Shown here: piece by piece, positions 59,220 through 64,000 of the stretch | Numbering within the stretch: position 1 is the first letter of the stretch | Layout of the letters: each line of letters starts with the position of its first letter | DNA from: a bacterium | GTDB taxonomy: Bacteria > Bdellovibrionota_C > UBA2361 > CALJRW01 | Length of the DNA: 64,000 bases | Assembly: GCA_031385045.1 (NCBI GenBank) | Contig: JANNBC010000048.1 | Location: 64,001-128,000, forward strand | Direction of reading: 5' to 3' | Notes under the pieces: model-generated | Seen by the model: the letters and a program-made list of their open reading frames with translations, nothing else | The model's database searches: none | What the model was told of the DNA's origin: nothing | Program-made: the position numbers and the translations under genes

Positions 59220-59609
59220 ATGCAATTAAATCTAGTTAATATAATATTCGTTGGCCTGGGCGGAGCCCTAGGCTCAATCACTCGCTATTTAGTCTCTATA
59301 TTTGAGAAATATTACTTTAAAGCAGAATACTCTCTACCACTAGCCACGCTTAGTGTTAACTTAATTGGTAGTTTTATAATTGGCTGTTTTCTATCAAAGC
59401 TCTTACAACCTAACTTTCAACATTCCGCTTGGACAAGCTTTATGGTGATTGGACTACTTGGTGGATTTACAACCTTCTCTAGTTTCTCAGCTGAAAACAT
59501 TAAGCTAATCATGGAAGGGAAAATCTTCCTAGCAATTTTATATATCTTTATATCGATCACAATCGGCCTACTAATGACTTACCTAGGATTCCTATTAGCT
59601 AGAACTTAG
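59220..59609 (+). CDS. crcB: fluoride efflux channel Fluc/CrcB
   Basis: GGALGSITRY, VNLIGS, GLLGGFTTFSSF. Confidence 0.93.
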   Translation: MQLNLVNIIFVGLGGALGSITRYLVSIFEKYYFKAEYSLPLATLSVNLIGSFIIGCFLSKLLQPNFQHSAWTSFMVIGLLGGFTTFSSFSAENIKLIMEGKIFLAILYIFISITIGLLMTYLGFLLART

Positions 59610-60951
59610 CAGCATCTTTTATTAGCTGAAAAATTTGTCTCTGCTTTATTGCTCCATGAAAATTTTCAGAGCCAGCACCGATTGCAAAAAGTGCCACATC
59701 TTCTCCGCCATGCTTAGCAGATGCACTGTTAATCAATGAATTTTGATGATAATGCTTATCATTAGAAGGAATACTTTGTTTATTACCTGCATACCTAGCT
59801 CCTGGGCCAGATAGATAATTTAAAAAACTATATTTAGCAGGATAGGACTCAGGATCATGCCCCTGCCCTAAAATACTTTCTGAATTTTTAGGATAACCAA
59901 CGATTCCTAGAGTATGACTATGATCGGCTGTAACGAGGATTAATGTATTACTAAGATCTACCTTACTCAAGGCAACTTCCACTGCCTCCCCGAGCTGTAT
60001 AGTTTCTTCTAAAGCATTCTTGGCTAAGTTCTCATGATGCGCATGATCAATTCTTCCACCTTCAACCATTAAAAAGAAACCATTAGAACTTTTTTGATAC
60101 AAAAAATCTAAACCCGAAGCGACCATCTCCGAAAGTGAGGGATCTGTTTGCTTATTTCGCTCTCCCTCATAAGCCATATGACCAGGTTCAAATAATCCTA
60201 AAAGTTTTTTAGTCTTATTAAAATCAGTCGCTAAAAGATCTGCTTTATTCCAAACATACTTAGAATCAAGGCTTTTCTCCGTCCAACTTTTAATTAAATC
60301 TACACCGTCCAATCTAAGCCCTTGAATATTTGGATATTCGGGATCTACTTGAGAGTTACTCAAGAACCTCTGCCTTCCTCCACCCAGCACCAAATCAAGT
60401 CCATCTCCACTAGAAAAATCTATTAACTGTTTAGCAATATCAGAAAAACCTTTTGCTCGTAATGCTTCTGGCATTTCCGCATCTGATTGCCATGCGCGCT
60501 CTGGAGAATGCGAATAAAAACCTGCCGGCGTCGCATCCGTTATGGCCGTTGTCGTTATTAAACCAGTTAATCGACTTCTCTCTTTAGCATAACTAAGTAA
60601 TGACTTAGTATTAGCTTGTTTAAAATTGGCAAAGCTTCCACGCCTAACTAAGTTATCCAAGCCAAGCACGCCACTATTTGCTGAAACTCCAGTAGCAATT
60701 GCTGTGGCAGTACAAGCAGAATCTGGCACTAAATAATCATTGCATTTGACATCAACCAAGGCGGTATAAGGAAACTTTTCAAAACTAAGATTATCTTTTT
60801 GATTTAATTCTTGATTTAATTTGCGGGCAGCCGTTAAGGTACTAATACCCATACCATCCCCAATAAAAACAATGATATTTTTCGTTTCTGCAAAAACACT
60901 TGAGGAAAGAACTAAAGATAAAATTAGAAGTGTAAATAACTTTTTAAACAT
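59599..60951 (-). CDS. alkaline phosphatase (PhoA type)
   Basis: FIGDGMG, DSACTATA, EGGRIDHAHH, TADHSH, HGGEDV; signal peptide. Confidence 0.92.
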   Translation of the reverse strand: MFKKLFTLLILSLVLSSSVFAETKNIIVFIGDGMGISTLTAARKLNQELNQKDNLSFEKFPYTALVDVKCNDYLVPDSACTATAIATGVSANSGVLGLDNLVRRGSFANFKQANTKSLLSYAKERSRLTGLITTTAITDATPAGFYSHSPERAWQSDAEMPEALRAKGFSDIAKQLIDFSSGDGLDLVLGGGRQRFLSNSQVDPEYPNIQGLRLDGVDLIKSWTEKSLDSKYVWNKADLLATDFNKTKKLLGLFEPGHMAYEGERNKQTDPSLSEMVASGLDFLYQKSSNGFFLMVEGGRIDHAHHENLAKNALEETIQLGEAVEVALSKVDLSNTLILVTADHSHTLGIVGYPKNSESILGQGHDPESYPAKYSFLNYLSGPGARYAGNKQSIPSNDKHYHQNSLINSASAKHGGEDVALFAIGAGSENFHGAIKQRQIFQLIKDAAKF

Positions 60952-61133
60952 TTTTCTGATTTGAAATTAAGATAAACAGTACAGAGGTGGCAAAAACAAA
61001 CTTAATTGGGTTTAGTATATTTCTCTAGGAAAGCAAGAGCAATCATTCAATTTATATTTTTGTGAATTATCACTATTATTTAATACTCAATGGGTAATTA
61101 AATTATGATCGCTTGAAGCAGGATACTTTTATA

Positions 61134-61167
61134 TTATTTAGCATTTGGTATATCAAATGCTAAATAA
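61134..61167. repeat. palindrome with perfect 14-bp arms
   Basis: TTATTTAGCATTTG-gtatat-CAAATGCTAAATAA. Confidence 0.7.
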
Positions 61168-61170
61168 GAC

Positions 61171-61212
61171 AAAAAAAAGTGGCCCCCAGTAGTTTCCTAC
61201 CGAGTGCCACTT
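61171..61212 (-). terminator. intrinsic terminator of the OM beta-barrel gene
   Basis: Minus strand AGTGGCACTCGGTAG-GAAA-CTACTGGGGGCCACT followed by a T-tract, ~20 nt after the stop. Confidence 0.8.
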
Positions 61213-61230
61213 CATTTAGGTAATTACAAA

Positions 61231-61896
61231 TTAAATATCAAATTTGTAACCAACTGATAAAGTTAACAGGTGGTTAACTTGTGTATTCTCACCAACCATC
61301 TGAATACGATAGTCAGGCTTAACAAACCACTCTGGAGTTAAGTTAAGAAATGCACCTACGCCAGTCTGAGCGTATAGAGCAGTATTTCCATCAGAAGTTG
61401 GGTCTTCGTATTTGTTAACACCTAAACCCAAAGCTACGTATGGATCAACTTCAGCACCTTTAGAATCTTCTTCTAAATGGTACATAACATCACCAAAGAA
61501 TCGGATAGCAGAAGTGTCTTCAGATAAAAAGAAACGGTTAGCACCAGGGTGCTGTCTGTTTCTGATATCTGGACTAAATCCAAATCCAACTTCAGCAGAG
61601 ATTCGAGGAGCGATATGGTATCCACCAAATCGAACATCAAATGTATGGCTATCTAACAACTCATTGTCTTTCTCACGGATTTCAAAACCACCACCTAAAG
61701 ATACGTAAAAAGTATCAGAAGATACTGTTTCCATAGCAACTGGCTCAGATTTTACAACAGCCGGCATGACTGGCTTAGCTTGAGCTGGAGCCGCTGGTTT
61801 TTTATAATAGCAAGGTTCACCTGGAAAACACCCGTCAGCAGACGCATTGCTAACCAAGAAACCTAGACTTAATAATACAAGTAATAGTTTTTTCAT
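61231..61896 (-). CDS. outer membrane beta-barrel protein (OmpA-like TM domain)
   Basis: Signal peptide; DPYVALGLG; QTGVGA; C-terminal SVGYKF. Confidence 0.85.
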   Translation of the reverse strand: MKKLLLVLLSLGFLVSNASADGCFPGEPCYYKKPAAPAQAKPVMPAVVKSEPVAMETVSSDTFYVSLGGGFEIREKDNELLDSHTFDVRFGGYHIAPRISAEVGFGFSPDIRNRQHPGANRFFLSEDTSAIRFFGDVMYHLEEDSKGAEVDPYVALGLGVNKYEDPTSDGNTALYAQTGVGAFLNLTPEWFVKPDYRIQMVGENTQVNHLLTLSVGYKFDI

Positions 61897-62194
61897 GATT
61901 ACTCAAAAAAATAAAAACATAAAGTCAGGTGAATTCCCGACAAATTACAACTTAAGTGAGATATAATACATCTAATTATTACAATCTAGCTAGATGAAAA
62001 TAGACAATATTCTTTTTATTTGCATATTTTACTTAAAAACTAGCATCTGTCTTGATAACCCATGAATATTACTAGCTTTTTATTAAAAATAAAAATTTAT
62101 TTTATATTTATATGGATAAAATTTTTACCTGTACTCCAGAGATACGATCCTTCACTACTAAGATGACTTAAAAAGGATAGTCACTATTTAGAAT

Positions 62195-62285
62195 CCCCCA
62201 CCACACCCTAACTTTCTGCGATCGGACACTGACTCGCACCATGACTAGTCGAGGCTAGCCAAGATCCTGACTGCTAAGTGTACAA
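62195..62285. other. GC-rich structured intergenic element (candidate ncRNA or REP remnant)
   Basis: 52% GC over 62191-62290 in very AT-rich flanks; two hairpins closed by a G-U-rich outer stem. Confidence 0.4.
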
Positions 62286-62426
62286 TAAGCAAACTTTTCA
62301 AATAAATTATTTCTAGAAAAAGTTTTTATTTAAGAAGTAGAAGAATATCATCTAACACTATAGATTGTTGATCAAGCTATTTTCCATACCGATAAATTAA
62401 AAATTATCCTAGAATCAAAATATTGC

Positions 62427-63776
62427 ATGAAACATCGTCATCCAAACAAAAAAATTATGGTTATAGCAGACAAGCTAGTACATCCATTTCAAGAATTTAT
62501 GCGTCAGAAAAGTTCTGGCGGACTTGTCTTATTAGTTTGCACCTTAATTGCTCTAATTTGGGCGAATTCTCCTTGGGCACATTTATATCATCAACTCTGG
62601 CAAACAAAACTAACAATTGGATTTGGAAACCTTATATTGGCTAAGCCACTAGCACTGTGGATTGATGATGGATTAATGGCTGTTTTCTTTTTCCTAGTTG
62701 GATTAGAGATTAAACGGGAAATATTAACTGGAGAATTATCCACCATCAAACAAGCAACACTTCCTTTTATCGCGGCTCTTGGTGGCATGGTCGTTCCCGC
62801 AATTATCTATACACTTTTTAATCATAACCAACTGACTGTTGCCGGCTGGGGGATTCCAATGGCAACAGATATTGCTTTTGCTCTAGGAGTATTGGCACTG
62901 CTGGGAAACAGAATTCCTTTAGCATTGAAAGTTTTCTTAACGGCCTTAGCTATTGTTGATGACCTAGGGGCAGTTCTTGTAATTGCACTCTTTTATACAA
63001 ATGAAATTAACTGGATTAATCTATTCTACGGAATAATTATTATTGGATTTCTAATTAGCGCCAATCGCCTAGGTTTTCGTCATGCAAAAATATATGCCAT
63101 CCTGGGTATTCTTCTCTGGTTTGTTTTTCTTAAATCAGGAATTCACGCGACAATTGCCGGTGTGGTTTTAGCTTTTACAATTCCATCGAAGTCTCGAATC
63201 AACTGTAAAGAATTTGTAGAAACTAGTAATGGTTTAATAACTCAATTTGAAAATGCTAATAACAATGCGACAGCAATTCTAAATGAGCAACAACAAGCTG
63301 CGATTGAAGGCTTACAACATAGTTGTTATGAGGCAGAAGCTCCTCTGCAAAGATTAGAGAACTCTTTGTTGCCCTGGGTCAGTTTTTTTATTATGCCCCT
63401 ATTTGCATTAGCTAATGCCGGTGTATCTTTTCACGGAGATCTATCATCCTTATTTACTAGCCCTGTTAGTCTTGGTATTGCCAGCGGCTTAATCTTCGGT
63501 AAACAAATTGGGATCAGTTTATTTATTTGGCTTGGCATCAAGCTTAAAATTACGACACTCCCAACAGGAACAACTTGGCGACAGATATACGGTGTTAGTT
63601 GGCTAGCTGGGATTGGCTTTACTATGTCAATTTTCATTTCGAGCTTAGTCTTTGGACACTCTCCAGAAACATTAGCAATTGCCAAGCTTGGAATCTTATC
63701 AGCCTCATTTATCGCTGGAATCGTGGGATGGATAATCCTAAAAACAGCTCCCAATGTAATAAATAAAAATAACTAA
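62427..63776 (+). CDS. nhaA: Na+/H+ antiporter NhaA
   Basis: DGLMAVFF..VGLEIKRE, GWGIPMATDIAF, LAIVDDLG, GIGFTMSIFI. Confidence 0.96.
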   Translation: MKHRHPNKKIMVIADKLVHPFQEFMRQKSSGGLVLLVCTLIALIWANSPWAHLYHQLWQTKLTIGFGNLILAKPLALWIDDGLMAVFFFLVGLEIKREILTGELSTIKQATLPFIAALGGMVVPAIIYTLFNHNQLTVAGWGIPMATDIAFALGVLALLGNRIPLALKVFLTALAIVDDLGAVLVIALFYTNEINWINLFYGIIIIGFLISANRLGFRHAKIYAILGILLWFVFLKSGIHATIAGVVLAFTIPSKSRINCKEFVETSNGLITQFENANNNATAILNEQQQAAIEGLQHSCYEAEAPLQRLENSLLPWVSFFIMPLFALANAGVSFHGDLSSLFTSPVSLGIASGLIFGKQIGISLFIWLGIKLKITTLPTGTTWRQIYGVSWLAGIGFTMSIFISSLVFGHSPETLAIAKLGILSASFIAGIVGWIILKTAPNVINKNN

Positions 63777-63784
63777 GTCTTCGA

Positions 63785-64000
63785 CTAGCGACAATCAAGA
63801 CAGGTGCTTTGTAAGTAAATAGTCTCCTGTTCAGAATTAACTGATAAGGTTTTTAGGCGTTTTAAAAAGGACTCACCAAAAACTTCTCCATGATAATCTA
63901 ACTCTTTTAAATTACCGCAACTAAAACAGTTGATAAAAATATGAACGCTACTCGGGCACTGATCACAATGTTGACATGGGAAATAACCACCTTGAGCTTC
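63785..64000 (-). CDS. Fur/Zur family transcriptional regulator, C-terminal part (5' end outside window)
   Basis: Manual translation ...GGYFPCQHCDQCPSSVHIFINCFSCGNLKE...QSTCLDCR*: HxxxxCxxC and terminal CxxC; not in ORF track. Confidence 0.8.
   Translation of the reverse strand, partial: EAQGGYFPCQHCDQCPSSVHIFINCFSCGNLKELDYHGEVFGESFLKRLKTLSVNSEQETIYLQSTCLDCR

Noticed and set aside
62203..62281. Hammerhead ribozyme or SAM-I riboswitch on the minus strand
   Set aside because: GAAA and GGTGC are present, but CUGANGA (hammerhead) and AUC/GAU plus GCAACC (SAM-I) are absent.
5654..63754. Short ORFs antisense to or nested in long genes (e.g. 5654, 6118, 9316, 15107, 37069, 40820, 57778, 61412, 62423, 63431)
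   Set aside because: Shadow ORFs of well-supported genes with no independent coding signal.
63785..64000. Possible frameshift in the Fur-family gene at the T-run near 63850
   Set aside because: Recounting gives five T's; the frame is continuous (72 codons including the stop).

Overview
AT-rich bacterial chromosome segment from a Gram-negative organism (LpxL, KdsD and OM beta-barrel genes present). The gene repertoire is suggestive of a Bdellovibrionota/deltaproteobacterial-type lineage; this is inference only. Most of the window is housekeeping: addBA-yheU, hpt-wzt-wzm-GT4-GT4-cmoB operon, ffh, rpsP-trmD-SPOUT, uppP, malic enzyme, metK, trmB, lpxL-TPR-LolB-like, kdsD, minor pilins, mutM, riboflavin synthase, glyA, crcB, alkaline phosphatase, nhaA and a partial Fur-family gene. 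An orphan-gene block lies at 10.5-17.1 kb. No rRNA, tRNA or CRISPR array was seen. The most unusual signals are: (i) a dispersed ~19-bp non-palindromic motif YCCCGAnnTCTCTGATAC (4 intergenic copies plus 1 in trmB, all + strand), whose best copy sits at the end of a steep synonymous C-enrichment gradient in the neighbouring gene; (ii) a stand-alone HUH/Y1 (RAYT-like) gene plus several REP/MITE-like hairpin clusters; (iii) a CmoB homologue with Gln at the Cx-SAM-selecting Lys position, embedded in a glycan-export operon; (iv) an SPL-like radical SAM enzyme paired with a nucleosidase-fold protein; (v) a GC-rich structured island between the OM beta-barrel gene and nhaA; (vi) a 59-aa gene missed by the ORF track. 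All product calls come from motif recognition by eye; no searches were run.
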